A stretch of DNA of 64,000 bases from Alphaproteobacteria bacterium (GCA_965214705.1 OZ243972.1:1312001-1376000); one strand, 5' to 3'; positions 39,096 to 48,730 are shown, numbered from the stretch's first letter. Made by a program: numbers and translations. Notes: a model not told the origin generated them from the letters alone.

Positions 39096-40642
39096 GCCTT
39101 AGCCGTAGACGGTTGCTTTCGTACTGTGCGCTCACTTGCGTTGTCATTAGTGTAGCTGTCGTTTCTGCACTGGTCTACGTGCAACCCGGCTACGCCATTT
39201 TAGGAATTGGTCAAGCGGGCGGAAGTTTCGAGAGTTTCTATACTACCAAGGGCCTTAGCTGGATCGACTGGGCGATAGCTGGACTTTCGACCTTAGGGTT
39301 GGGAGTGGTTGTATTCTTTACGGGTGGATTGGCAAGCCCGCTATTGGTTTTGGCTCCTGGGGTAAAGGTCATTGCGACGTGGATTGGTGGCTTGGGAACA
39401 AAGCTCGCCGGCACAGCGGCCCTAAACCACGGTCTTGCCCTGCTTGGCGGAGGCACCATTGCAGCTGGCGGTTTGGGGAAGGCGGGAGGAGCTGCAGTGC
39501 TATCTACGGTGCTAGCGGGCGCATGGGAAGCGCCTTTCTGGACCGCTGGGGAAGTGTATGACGCGCTGGTAGTTACGGAGGACAGAGACTACGACTATAA
39601 TGGGCTTTTGCAGCAGAGGCGGAATTTTCTGGCGACATTGCCACTCCCGAAAAACCACTCGGGCCCGAAGGCCTATGAGGCAGGGATTGACGTTTTGGAA
39701 GAAATTGAAGACTTGAAAGATTTAAGTCGCGATGACGCACTATTGATTGTGCAGGAAAATCACCGCGTGCTAGTTGAGGCGATCCACGCGATACGATGGA
39801 ACTTGAATTCGGAAAGTGAATTCCGAAAACGACTGGAAATGATTGATGACACATTGGAGCTGTCGTCGCCACTAAATCAAGAAATCATTAACACGGCCGT
39901 AGGGCACTTGCTCTATGACACATGGGCCGTTGAAGATCTGGCAGACGCGTCTTTGCTTTCTCTTTTGTACTTCATCTTGAATGATTATGAACGAGCGAAG
40001 CAATACTCAAGCCGAGCTGAAATTATAGCCAGATACGAAGCCGGTTCCGCGAGCGATATTGATGAAGGGGCAAACTTGGCGATATTTGTTGGCGCAGTGA
40101 GTTCCTTGTACGATGAAGACTTCGACTGGAAGGAGGTGCTCGATAGAGTTGAGCGCTCTGTTCTATCTGATCCTGAAAATGTTCTGATTCCTCTGCTGTT
40201 GGCGATTTTGCTGGATCGAGTAGAGTTGCGAATTAATGACGGTTATCTTGACGAGCAGGCGTTTGCACAAATACTCGAGATCATGGAGCAACCTGAAATG
40301 GAAGAGTTCAGGTTTAAAAACTTCGTGATATTACTTTCCCGGTATCTGAAGCGCCTAGAGGTGGAGCGCCAAACTATCGAGGTCCTAGTGCGAACCGAGA
40401 ATGATACAATTCGAAGCAACCTAAAAACTCTGGAAACTGTTGAAGAGTCGCTGCGAGCGTACAAAGCTCTCTTGGACGAGGGTAGCTATGTTGAGAAGTG
40501 GATCACAGTGCTTCCACTAGAGGAAGAAGAGGATCGACGAAATGTGGTCAACGTTAGCAGCGCCTTCAGCCGGTACTCCTTCAAGACGCAGGAGCTTGTA
40601 GACTTGGTCGTCGGTCTTCGAGCATACCAAGCTAAGGGCTAA
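39092..40642 (+). CDS. Membrane protein with Gly/Ala-rich hydrophobic hairpin and helical C-terminus
   Basis: N-terminal TM segments; AALNHGLALLGGGTIAAGGLGKAGGAAVL; ATGA-coupled to the previous gene; lower GC. Confidence 0.75.
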   Translation: MSLSRRRLLSYCALTCVVISVAVVSALVYVQPGYAILGIGQAGGSFESFYTTKGLSWIDWAIAGLSTLGLGVVVFFTGGLASPLLVLAPGVKVIATWIGGLGTKLAGTAALNHGLALLGGGTIAAGGLGKAGGAAVLSTVLAGAWEAPFWTAGEVYDALVVTEDRDYDYNGLLQQRRNFLATLPLPKNHSGPKAYEAGIDVLEEIEDLKDLSRDDALLIVQENHRVLVEAIHAIRWNLNSESEFRKRLEMIDDTLELSSPLNQEIINTAVGHLLYDTWAVEDLADASLLSLLYFILNDYERAKQYSSRAEIIARYEAGSASDIDEGANLAIFVGAVSSLYDEDFDWKEVLDRVERSVLSDPENVLIPLLLAILLDRVELRINDGYLDEQAFAQILEIMEQPEMEEFRFKNFVILLSRYLKRLEVERQTIEVLVRTENDTIRSNLKTLETVEESLRAYKALLDEGSYVEKWITVLPLEEEEDRRNVVNVSSAFSRYSFKTQELVDLVVGLRAYQAKG

Positions 40643-40715
40643 AGGGTCCACACATACCGCGCTTACAGGGGTTTCCGAGTTGCTGCGGCGTCGTTGGAGT
40701 TGGGGTGCTGGCATT

Positions 40716-41855
40716 TCAACCCCTTAGTAGCCGTGCGAGGCTCACTCCGATGCGTTCTGCCGCGGCCTCAGTCTCACGGTCGCCGACATGGGCGTAGCGC
40801 AGTGTCATGCCCGGATTCTTGTGACCAAGCAAGCGGGAGACCACTGGCAGGGGAATGCCTTGGAGCACGGCGTGGCTGGCGTACGTGTGCCGAAGGTCAT
40901 GAATTCGCACATCCTCGATCCCGGCTTCCCTGCGCGCGGAGTACCAGAGCGGCAGATCGGAGCACTGCGGCCGCTCCGGATCGAGCGGCGATGGAAAGAC
41001 GAAGGCGCTGCCCGACCGCGGCTGGCGCTCCAGGATGGCGCGGGCCGGCGCATTCAGGAACACCTGTCTCGGGCCGGTCTTGGCATCGGCGAGGTTGACG
41101 GTATCCCCGTCCACGTCCCGCCAGCGCATGGTCACAATCTCGCTCTTGCGGCAGCCTGTCAGCAGCAGGAGGCGGATGATGTCGGCCTGTTGCGCGCGCG
41201 ACGGCCGCGCGCCGGCGTAGCGGTCCAGCACGCGGTGAAGGCGATGGACTTCATCGCGCGAGAGGAAGCGGGTGAGCCTGGGTCGGGGGTTGCGCTTGAT
41301 GCCGTGCGTGGGGTTGGTGTCGAGGTGGCCGCAGTCGATTGCATGGTTCAGGATCTGGCGGAGCACGTTCAACGCACGATTGGCACCGCCGGGCGCGGTC
41401 CGGCTGTATTCGTCGAACCAGCGGGTCACGGCGATTCGGCCGATCCGGTCCACCGGAATCGGGCCGAAGGCCGGAAGCAGGAGCCCGTTGAGGACCAGGC
41501 GCACGCCCTTTTGCGTCGACGGCTTGCATGTGTCGAGCCGCGCCTGCGCCGGACCGGCGACGAAGTCCGCGAAGGTCGGGACCGCTCCCCGTTCCGGCCT
41601 GCCACCGTGCGGCGCGGTTTCGATTTTGAGGCACCGCGCACGCGCTTCCTCGACGCCCATGAGCGCAGCAGGTCCGAGGGTGATCCTGCGCGCGCCGCCC
41701 TCGCCCTTGCGGCAATACACGAAGCTGCGGTGTCCCGACGGGCGGACGCGGACGCCGAGACCCGCAAGGCGCGTGTCCCAGACCGTATACTCGCGCGCCG
41801 CTGGCGCAAGCTTCGCCACGTTGGCGTCGGTCAGACGCCGCCTCTTCGCGGCCAT
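40716..41855 (-). CDS. Tyrosine recombinase 2 with N-terminal arm-binding domain
   Basis: WDTRLAGLGVRV, LLTGCRKSE, AKTG, HDLRHT, LLGH, TLRY. Confidence 0.93.
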   Translation of the reverse strand: MAAKRRRLTDANVAKLAPAAREYTVWDTRLAGLGVRVRPSGHRSFVYCRKGEGGARRITLGPAALMGVEEARARCLKIETAPHGGRPERGAVPTFADFVAGPAQARLDTCKPSTQKGVRLVLNGLLLPAFGPIPVDRIGRIAVTRWFDEYSRTAPGGANRALNVLRQILNHAIDCGHLDTNPTHGIKRNPRPRLTRFLSRDEVHRLHRVLDRYAGARPSRAQQADIIRLLLLTGCRKSEIVTMRWRDVDGDTVNLADAKTGPRQVFLNAPARAILERQPRSGSAFVFPSPLDPERPQCSDLPLWYSARREAGIEDVRIHDLRHTYASHAVLQGIPLPVVSRLLGHKNPGMTLRYAHVGDRETEAAAERIGVSLARLLRG

Positions 41856-41858
41856 GCC

Positions 41859-42992
41859 TCAACCCTCCACCAGTGCGGCGCCGACGATGTCGGCCGCCTC
41901 GCGCACCATGGCGTCGGACAGATGGGTGTATTTCAGCGTCGTCGCCGGATTGCGGTGCCCGAGGAGGCGGCCGATGGTCAGCACCGTCTCGCCCTGCGCG
42001 AGCGCCATGCTGGCGTACGTGTGCCGGCAATCGTGAAGGCGGACATCGGACAGACCGGCTTCCGCTCCGACGTGGTGCCAGAATTTGCCGAGCGTCACCG
42101 TGTGCACGAAGCCGTCCGTCCGCGGCGAGGGGAAGATCCAGGTTGCCGTGCGAGGCAGTTCGTCGAGGACCGCGCGCGCGGCGGACGAGAGCCAGACCGT
42201 GCGCGGCCCCGACTTGGAATCGCGCAGGAACAGCTTGCCCTCGCGGTAGTCGCGCCATTTGAGCGAGACGATTTCGCCCTTGCGGCATCCGGTGAGCAGC
42301 AGCAGCCGTACGATCGCCACGGCTTGCGGATTATCGGCTTCATGGCGTGCCAGCACTTCGCCCAGCCGGCGCATGTCGGCGGCAGACAGGAAGCGCTCCC
42401 GGCCCTGGCGGCGGTAGCGCTTGATGCCGACGCACGGGTTGGTGCCCTCGGGCCGGTAGCCGTAGACCTCGGCCTGGCTCATGATGACCGAGAGCACCGG
42501 AGCCGAGCGGTCGGCGGCCACCGGGGTCTCGTGGAGCGAGGCGAACCAGCGCTTGACGTCGCTGGCGGCGATGTCCGCGATGGAACGCCCTTCGAACCAG
42601 GGCAGGATCTGGTTCTTGTAGTAGCCCCGGTTGACGTTGAGCGTGGACGGCTTCCAGTTCCGGGCGTAGCGGCGGAAGACTTCTTCTGCGACCGTCTCGA
42701 AGGCGACGTCCGCGGGTGCTGCGGTCTCGTCGCCGCTTCCGTTGCGGATCGCGGCCAGCAGGGTCCTGGCCCGGCTGCGGGCTTCGTCCAGGTCGATGTC
42801 CCCTGCCTGGCCGACGATCTTCCAGATTCGCCGCCCGTTGTGCTGGCTGTGGATGAAGTAGCGTCTGGCGCCCGAGGTCAGGACCCTTACGCCGAAACCC
42901 TTGAGTTCCCGGTCGCGCACGTCGTAGGCGGACTTGCGGGGCTTGAGCGCATCGACGCGGCGTTGGTCGAGGCGAAGCGTCGCCATCGGCAT
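41859..42992 (-). CDS. Tyrosine recombinase 1 with N-terminal arm-binding domain
   Basis: RDRELKGFGVRV, LLTGCRKGE, SKSG, HDCRHT, LLGH, TLKY. Confidence 0.93.
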   Translation of the reverse strand: MPMATLRLDQRRVDALKPRKSAYDVRDRELKGFGVRVLTSGARRYFIHSQHNGRRIWKIVGQAGDIDLDEARSRARTLLAAIRNGSGDETAAPADVAFETVAEEVFRRYARNWKPSTLNVNRGYYKNQILPWFEGRSIADIAASDVKRWFASLHETPVAADRSAPVLSVIMSQAEVYGYRPEGTNPCVGIKRYRRQGRERFLSAADMRRLGEVLARHEADNPQAVAIVRLLLLTGCRKGEIVSLKWRDYREGKLFLRDSKSGPRTVWLSSAARAVLDELPRTATWIFPSPRTDGFVHTVTLGKFWHHVGAEAGLSDVRLHDCRHTYASMALAQGETVLTIGRLLGHRNPATTLKYTHLSDAMVREAADIVGAALVEG

Positions 42993-43106
42993 TCCTCCTG
43001 CGTTCCGTTGCAGCCGGGGCGAAATCGGGGATCGATTCCGTGTCGTCCGGCTAGATCAGGAGGAAAAAAGCAACGCTGTGTCAGTATATTAGCACCGTAG
43101 GTGCGC

Positions 43107-43544
43107 CTGATGGTGTTCGATCCTCAGTCGCGCGAGGCGGCGTTCGCATGTCCCCGCACCTGGGAGTTTGTCTCGAACGTCGTGAACCAGCGCGGCAGCC
43201 TCGACCCCGCCGCGGAGCGGGCGCTGTTCCGGGGCGCTGTCGGCGAGTCGGCGGCGGTCGAGTTCTCCGCCTTCCTCAAGGTCTGGCGCGAGCTGCCCCA
43301 TCCCCGGGCCGTCATCGACGATCCCGAGAACGCGGACGTACCCGAGAACGCCAGCGCGCTGATCGCGCTCTGCGGCTCGCTCTACCGCATGGCCGACGAC
43401 GTCAACCTCGGTTCGATCGTCAGCTACGCCATGAGGCTGAGGCGCGAGGTGGGCGAGTTCCTCGTCGGCTCGTGCGTGCGCCGCGAACCCGCGCTCCAGC
43501 ATACCGACGCCTTCATCCGCTGGGCCGCCGCCCGGACCCAGTGA
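43107..43544 (+). pseudogene. MoxR-like AAA+ ATPase, 3' part
   Basis: VFDPQSREAAFACPRTWEFVS continues in frame from PELL at 25670. Confidence 0.85.
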
Positions 43545-43571
43545 CCCCCTGCCCATCGGGAGACTTCACCC

Positions 43572-44468
43572 ATGAACCTCACCCACGACGCCATGCTGGT
43601 CAGCTTGCGCATCACCGCCTGGTCCGGCCGGCTCTACGACCGCCAGGCCTCCAACCACGTCGCGGCCCAGCACGACGCCTCCGCCAGCGCCGGGCGCTAC
43701 AACAAGCGCCTGCTTCCCAAGGCCGCGTTCGCCGCGCTCACCGCCACCGTGAGCGAGGCGCGCACGCAGCACTATGCCAACTCCCTTCCCTGGGACGATC
43801 AGGGCTCGCGGCTGCTCACCGTCGCCAACTACGAAGCCTACACGGACCTGATGGACGGGCTCAGGGAGCGCATGGTGCGCGAGCGCGCCCGCTTCATCGA
43901 GGACTACGACGACAACATCGACCGCGCCCGGCTCGACCTGGGAAAACTCTTCCGCATCGGTGACTACCCCTCGAAGGAGGCGCTGCAGGGCAAGTTCGGG
44001 ATCCGCTACCGCATCGTGCCGGTGCCGGACGCGGACCACTTCATGGCAAAGCTCGCGTCCGACGACACCGAGCGGGTCAAGCGCGGCATCGAGCGCGAGA
44101 TCGAGGAACGCTTGCACGACGCCGTGGGCGATCTCTACCGGCGCCTCGGCGAGGCGGTCGAGCGGGTCTCGGAGCGCCTCACCGAGGACGGCGAGGGCAA
44201 GCCGCTGGTCTTCCGCGACACGATGATCTCCAACGTCCGGGACCTGGTCGACGTCGTGCCCCGGCTCAACATCTTCGGGGACGACCGGCTTGCCAGCCTC
44301 TGCCAGGAAGTGAAGGACAGGATCGCCCACGCGGATCCGGCGACCCTCAGGCCGTCGCCCAAATTCAACCCGAATGTGCGGCGCCAAGTGAAGCGCGACG
44401 CCGATGCGCTGGCGGAGAAGTTCGCGGGGTATTTCGGCAGCCCCGCCGTTGACCGGGAGGCCGCGTAA
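43572..44468 (+). CDS. DUF3150-like protein
   Basis: AMLVSLRITAWSG, YNKRLL, SLPWDDQGSRLL, FRIGDYP; context next to MoxR and vWA genes. Confidence 0.65.
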   Translation: MNLTHDAMLVSLRITAWSGRLYDRQASNHVAAQHDASASAGRYNKRLLPKAAFAALTATVSEARTQHYANSLPWDDQGSRLLTVANYEAYTDLMDGLRERMVRERARFIEDYDDNIDRARLDLGKLFRIGDYPSKEALQGKFGIRYRIVPVPDADHFMAKLASDDTERVKRGIEREIEERLHDAVGDLYRRLGEAVERVSERLTEDGEGKPLVFRDTMISNVRDLVDVVPRLNIFGDDRLASLCQEVKDRIAHADPATLRPSPKFNPNVRRQVKRDADALAEKFAGYFGSPAVDREAA

Positions 44469-45874
44469 TGGGCGCCCGCGCCCGCAAGGAGTCCGCCCGT
44501 CGCGTCAGCGACTGCGTGACCGCGCTGCTGCGCGACCAGCCCTTCTTCGGAAGCCTCGCGCTGCGCCTGCCCATCCGCCCCGACGCGGCCCGAGAGACGC
44601 TGGCGAGCGACGGGCGGGAGATCCGCTACTCGCCCGGCTGGGTCGCGCAGACCGATGCCGATCTCATAAAGACCGCGATCGGACGCGTGGTGCTGGCCTG
44701 CGCACTCAAGCACCACACGCGGCGGGGCGAGCGCGAGCCCGGGCGCTGGCAGCAAGCCTCCCAGCTCGTCACCCACGGACTGCTGCGCGATGCGGGCTTC
44801 AAGCTCCCGCCCGACGCCGAGGCGTGGGACGGTATCAGCGTGGAACAGGCTTACGACCGCCTGCCCGAACCGCAGGAGGGCGGCGGGGAAGGGAGCGACG
44901 GCCCGCCGTCGCCAGGCAACGGCGGCACTGCGGGCGGCCCGCAACCCGACACGGACGACAACGACGGCGGCGGCGATGACGGTGACGACGGCAACGGACC
45001 CGCCGACGCATCCGACGACGGCAATCCTGAAACCGACGACGACGGCGCCGCCGGTCACGGCGGTTCCGCCGATGACGGAGACCCGCAGCCCCCGGCCGAT
45101 TCATCCGGCGACAGCGACTCCGGCACGCCGCCGAGCTGCGATCCATCCGGCACCGGCGAGGTGATGGACGCACCGGCCGGCAGCGGCGACGAGGCCGGCC
45201 CCGGCCAGGCACCGCCCGACTTCTCCGCCGAGGAGCAGGCCTGGGACGAGGCGATGCACCAGGCGCTCAACCTCGCCAAGGCGCAAGGCAAGGCGCCCGG
45301 CGCGGTGGAGGAGACCGTCCGGGACGCCCACCGCAGCACCCTCGATTGGCGCTCGCTCCTGCGCCGCTACATGACCGACGCAGCCGCCCGCGACTATTCC
45401 TGGAGCGTGCCCAACAGGCGCTTCATCGACTCCGGTCTCTATCTCCCCTCGATCCGCTCGGAGGGGATGGGAACCCTCGCCGTCATCATCGACACCTCGG
45501 GCTCTGTCGACAGCGACGCTCTCGCGTCGTTCTGGTCGGAGGTCCGCGAGGTCGCGGCCGAGATCGAACCCGAGCGCATCGTCGTGCTCCAGGTCGACGC
45601 CGCCGTGCGGGACGAGCAGGAGTACGCGCCGGGCGAGTTGCCCGAGCAAATCGTCGTCAAGGGACGCTGGGGCACCGACTTCCGGCCGGGCTTCGCCTGG
45701 CTCGACGAGCAGGGCATCCGGCCCGCCGTGTGCCTGTATTTCACGGACATGGACTGCGACTGCTACCCCGTGACGGAGCCCGGCTACGACGTAATCTGGG
45801 CTGATTACGGGGAGGGCGTCGGGCTCTGGTGCCAGCCACCGCCCTGGGGCGAGCACGTCAGGATCAGGGACTGA
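44468..45874 (+). CDS. DUF2201-like (degenerate metallopeptidase + vWA) protein
   Basis: QPFFGSLALRL, TLASDG, acidic linker, LDWRSLLRR, SWSVPNRR, MIDAS IIDTSGSV, GTDFRP, YFTD. Confidence 0.85.
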   Translation: MGARARKESARRVSDCVTALLRDQPFFGSLALRLPIRPDAARETLASDGREIRYSPGWVAQTDADLIKTAIGRVVLACALKHHTRRGEREPGRWQQASQLVTHGLLRDAGFKLPPDAEAWDGISVEQAYDRLPEPQEGGGEGSDGPPSPGNGGTAGGPQPDTDDNDGGGDDGDDGNGPADASDDGNPETDDDGAAGHGGSADDGDPQPPADSSGDSDSGTPPSCDPSGTGEVMDAPAGSGDEAGPGQAPPDFSAEEQAWDEAMHQALNLAKAQGKAPGAVEETVRDAHRSTLDWRSLLRRYMTDAAARDYSWSVPNRRFIDSGLYLPSIRSEGMGTLAVIIDTSGSVDSDALASFWSEVREVAAEIEPERIVVLQVDAAVRDEQEYAPGELPEQIVVKGRWGTDFRPGFAWLDEQGIRPAVCLYFTDMDCDCYPVTEPGYDVIWADYGEGVGLWCQPPPWGEHVRIRD

Positions 45875-45943
45875 CCTTCGGCAGTGGGGCGGCATGTCCG
45901 CCCTGCCAACGATCGCCAGTCCGAAACCGAAGGAAATCACGCC

Positions 45944-46330
45944 ATGATGCCCACCGCCACCTGCCAGTACTGCGGCTGGAACGGGCCGGCAGACCGGTGC
46001 GGCCCGCTCAAGAACGCCGGGGAGCGAGTCGAGCCCGGAACTCCGTTGCCCGCCGGCGAGTGCCCGAACTGCAACGCCTCCGCGATGCTCGACGAGGCCA
46101 GGCAGGAGCCCAGCGTCACCATCGTCACCACGCTGGAGCCGGAACGCGCCACCAGGTTCGGCGTCCGCTCGACCGCCCAGGCCCTCGCCGACGTCATGTG
46201 GCTTGCCGCCAACAGGTACAGCTACCCCGTGCAGGATCTCGGCTCCTCCGGCTTCCGCGTCGCCGTCTGTCGCGAGACATCGAAGCGCGAGACCGTCCCG
46301 CGCGGCTACCTGCGCATCGAGACGGGTTGA
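45944..46330 (+). CDS. Zn-ribbon protein 1
   Basis: CQYCGW..PAGECPNC; RBS present. Confidence 0.65.
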   Translation: MMPTATCQYCGWNGPADRCGPLKNAGERVEPGTPLPAGECPNCNASAMLDEARQEPSVTIVTTLEPERATRFGVRSTAQALADVMWLAANRYSYPVQDLGSSGFRVAVCRETSKRETVPRGYLRIETG

Positions 46331-46346
46331 GAACACGGACGCCTTC

Positions 46347-46451
46347 GGGGCGTGAGGCTCCGGAGAAAGTGTGAACGCGCGTCTTGCGCGGGAGTACCCG
46401 GAGTCAATTGGAGGGAACGACCTCGCGGGTTCGAATCCCGCCCGCCCCACC
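46347..46451 (+). ncRNA. tRNA-like structured RNA (non-canonical)
   Basis: GGGGCG/CGCCCC acceptor-like stem followed by ACC; T-arm GCGGG-TTCGAAT-CCCGC; no canonical D or anticodon arm. Confidence 0.45.
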
Positions 46452-46479
46452 TTTCCCCCGCATTGCCAGGAGCGACTCC

Positions 46480-46986
46480 ATGACGAAGGTAGAAACCGCC
46501 ACTTGCCAGGACTGCGGCTGGCGGGGTCCGGTGGAAGAGACGAAGGAGTTCCGCAACGTCTGGGACCGCGTTCTGCCGGGCGACGTCATGCCGGCCGGCG
46601 AGTGTCCCGAAGAAGGCTGCGGCGGCGCGGCGATGCTGGACGCGGATCGCGACCGCGCGGACGATCTCCGCCCCCAGATGGTCGCGCTCATGCTCGGGCT
46701 CAACCGGCTTCGCGAGGACCTCCGCAACGGCGTGCTGCGCTCTCCGGTTGCCTTTCACCTCGAGGAGCTTGCCGGCTACGCGCGCAGGGCGCTCGCGTCC
46801 GGCCCGCCCGTTCGGCCCGTCTGCAACGCCTGCGGCGGCACCGGCGTGCGGGTGGACGCCTGGGCGAGCTGGGACGTCCACGCCCAGCGCTGGGAGTTGC
46901 ACTCCGCCTGCGAGGCGGTCGCCATCTGCGCGGATTGCGACCTCGAGTGCAGCTACACGATGAAACCCGTCACGGAGGCGGCGTGA
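46480..46986 (+). CDS. Zn-ribbon protein 2 (paralogous N-terminus, second CxxC pair)
   Basis: CQDCGW..PAGECPEEGC; CNAC..CADC. Confidence 0.65.
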   Translation: MTKVETATCQDCGWRGPVEETKEFRNVWDRVLPGDVMPAGECPEEGCGGAAMLDADRDRADDLRPQMVALMLGLNRLREDLRNGVLRSPVAFHLEELAGYARRALASGPPVRPVCNACGGTGVRVDAWASWDVHAQRWELHSACEAVAICADCDLECSYTMKPVTEAA

Positions 46987-47324
46987 TGCAGGAGAGAAGC
47001 GCGTTCGACTTCGGCGGCAACCGGATCGTCCGACAGTCCGAGCCGATGACGATCGGCAAGCACGAATGGCGGCTCACCCTCTACCGCTCCCCGCATCGCG
47101 AGCACCCGCTGATCGGCTACGAATGGCGCCGCGCCGACGGCGCGCCCATCCGCCGCACGTGCCCCGGCGGCGCCTACCGGCTCGACGGCTCCACCTGGAT
47201 GCGCGACCGGGACTGGCCCTCCTACAACCACAACGACGGAGAGTGGGGCGGCATGCCGCGCACGCTGCGCAAGCTCTGGGAACGGTGCCCGTGGGCGCAC
47301 ACCCGCGAGACCCGCCCGGCCTGA
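46986..47324 (+). CDS. Hypothetical protein
   Basis: GGAGG RBS, coupled start, Trp-rich 112 aa ORF. Confidence 0.55.
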   Translation: MQERSAFDFGGNRIVRQSEPMTIGKHEWRLTLYRSPHREHPLIGYEWRRADGAPIRRTCPGGAYRLDGSTWMRDRDWPSYNHNDGEWGGMPRTLRKLWERCPWAHTRETRPA

Positions 47325-47567
47325 CCCTCCCCGATAGCGCGGCGCACCCTCGCCGGCAGCTCCACGGTCCCCGTCTCTCGCCGGCGCGAGTGGCGAAGCG
47401 CGCGCCCCGGGGCGACGGGCCGGGGCCATGGAGAGAGCCGATCGCTCCGCATCCCCGTTCCCGTCGCCCACACATCCGTCCCCGCGCCCACTGGCCTACC
47501 CACGGAGGCCTCGGCTCCACCCCTGCGGTGCGCGCCGATCCCGATCCGGCATCAACGAGGAATCGCA

Positions 47568-48305
47568 ATGGACCCACGAACCGACATCGTCGCAGTCGCG
47601 GCGCTGCTGGTCGCCGCGCGCACCGTCGTGGCCGATCCCGCGCGCTGGTGCGCGTACCCGCACGCGCTCGATGCGAACGGCCACAGTTGCGAGGGGCGGG
47701 CGGGCAACGCCGTCTGCTGGGGCGCTGCCGGCGCCCTCGACCGCGCGGCCGCCGACGCGGGGGCCGCCGAGCACGACATCGCCGAGGCGCGCCGGCAACT
47801 GAACCAGGCCGCTCTCCGCGTCGCGAGCGGCTGGACGGGCACGGCTTGGCTTCTGGATCGCAAGGCCGCCCACGCCATGACCGTCGCCGGTTTCGACGAC
47901 GCGATCCGCGCCATGCCCAGGCCGGAGACCACCGGTGCGGTCGATATCCTCAGCCTCGCCCGCACCCTCATCGCGCACCCCGGCCGCTGGGCGCAGGGCG
48001 CCATCGCGCTTGATCGGAACGGGCGGGCGCTGACCACCTTCGACGGCGGCTGCCGCTTCTGCGCCGCGGGCGCAGTGGGCCTCGCCGTCCATGTGCTGGG
48101 ACAGGACGAAGCGGCCCGCCGCAGCATCGGCCCCACCTTCGATTACGTGGGCCGTCTGCTCGACTGCGCCGCCTGCAAGCTCGGTGAGTTCGAGAGCTAC
48201 ATCGGCCTCAACGAGCACGACAGCCACGCCAACGTCGTCGCCATGTTCGACCATGCCCTCGGCATGGCGCGCGCGGACTCCGCTCCCGACCCGGAGGCAT
48301 CGTGA
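47568..48305 (+). CDS. DUF6197-like protein with two internal repeats
   Basis: Two copies of AR..(V/I)A.P.RW....ALD.NG.....C..GA. Confidence 0.6.
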   Translation: MDPRTDIVAVAALLVAARTVVADPARWCAYPHALDANGHSCEGRAGNAVCWGAAGALDRAAADAGAAEHDIAEARRQLNQAALRVASGWTGTAWLLDRKAAHAMTVAGFDDAIRAMPRPETTGAVDILSLARTLIAHPGRWAQGAIALDRNGRALTTFDGGCRFCAAGAVGLAVHVLGQDEAARRSIGPTFDYVGRLLDCAACKLGEFESYIGLNEHDSHANVVAMFDHALGMARADSAPDPEAS

Positions 48306-48730
48306 CCATGACCGCCATCGCTCCCACGCCCCGCGACCTCCTCGTGGAGGCGCGCACGCTCATCGCCAGGCCCGAGGCCTGGACCCAGGGCGCCGGCGCG
48401 CGCGACGCCAATGGCGAGCCCGTCGGCGTCGAGCATGAGGACGCCGTCTCGTGGTGCGCCACCGGCGCGATCAACTGCGCCATGTACCGCCATGTGGATT
48501 CCCTAGAGGTCCCGCCGCCGCTGCAGCGCGCCCGCGAGCGCGCCAGCGCCATGCTCACCGACACGGTGCGCGCCCTGACCCTTGGCCACTACACGGAGGC
48601 CACCACTTACAACGACCGGACCAATCACGGCTGCATCGTCCATGCCTTCGACATCGCGATCGCCGACGCCGACAGGCGTTGCCGCAAGCACTCGACCGGC
48701 CGTGCCAGGGTTACGGAGCGCGCACGATGA
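48302..48730 (+). CDS. DUF6197-like protein
   Basis: ARTLIARPEAWTQG..ARDANG..SWCATGA..YNDRTNH..VHAFD. Confidence 0.6.
   Translation: MTMTAIAPTPRDLLVEARTLIARPEAWTQGAGARDANGEPVGVEHEDAVSWCATGAINCAMYRHVDSLEVPPPLQRARERASAMLTDTVRALTLGHYTEATTYNDRTNHGCIVHAFDIAIADADRRCRKHSTGRARVTERAR

Larger units (their letters stand above)
25680..43116. mobile_element. Integrative mobilisable element (~17.4 kb) with tandem tyrosine recombinases
   Basis: Splits the ATPase gene. Imperfect direct repeat CTGAATGTGT (25670-25679) / CTGATGGTGT (43107-43116). Inverted AGCGTTGC-N4/5-TCCTCCT motif near both ends. Integrases and relaxase inside. Confidence 0.85.

Noticed and set aside
43092-43105. GCACC-GTA-GGTGC hairpin as an R388-like oriT
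   Set aside because: The nic sequence that should follow is absent, and it abuts the att core; more likely a recombinase site.
46347-46451. Canonical tRNA or tmRNA gene
   Set aside because: No D-arm, no 7-nt anticodon loop, no tag reading frame; kept only as tRNA-like.
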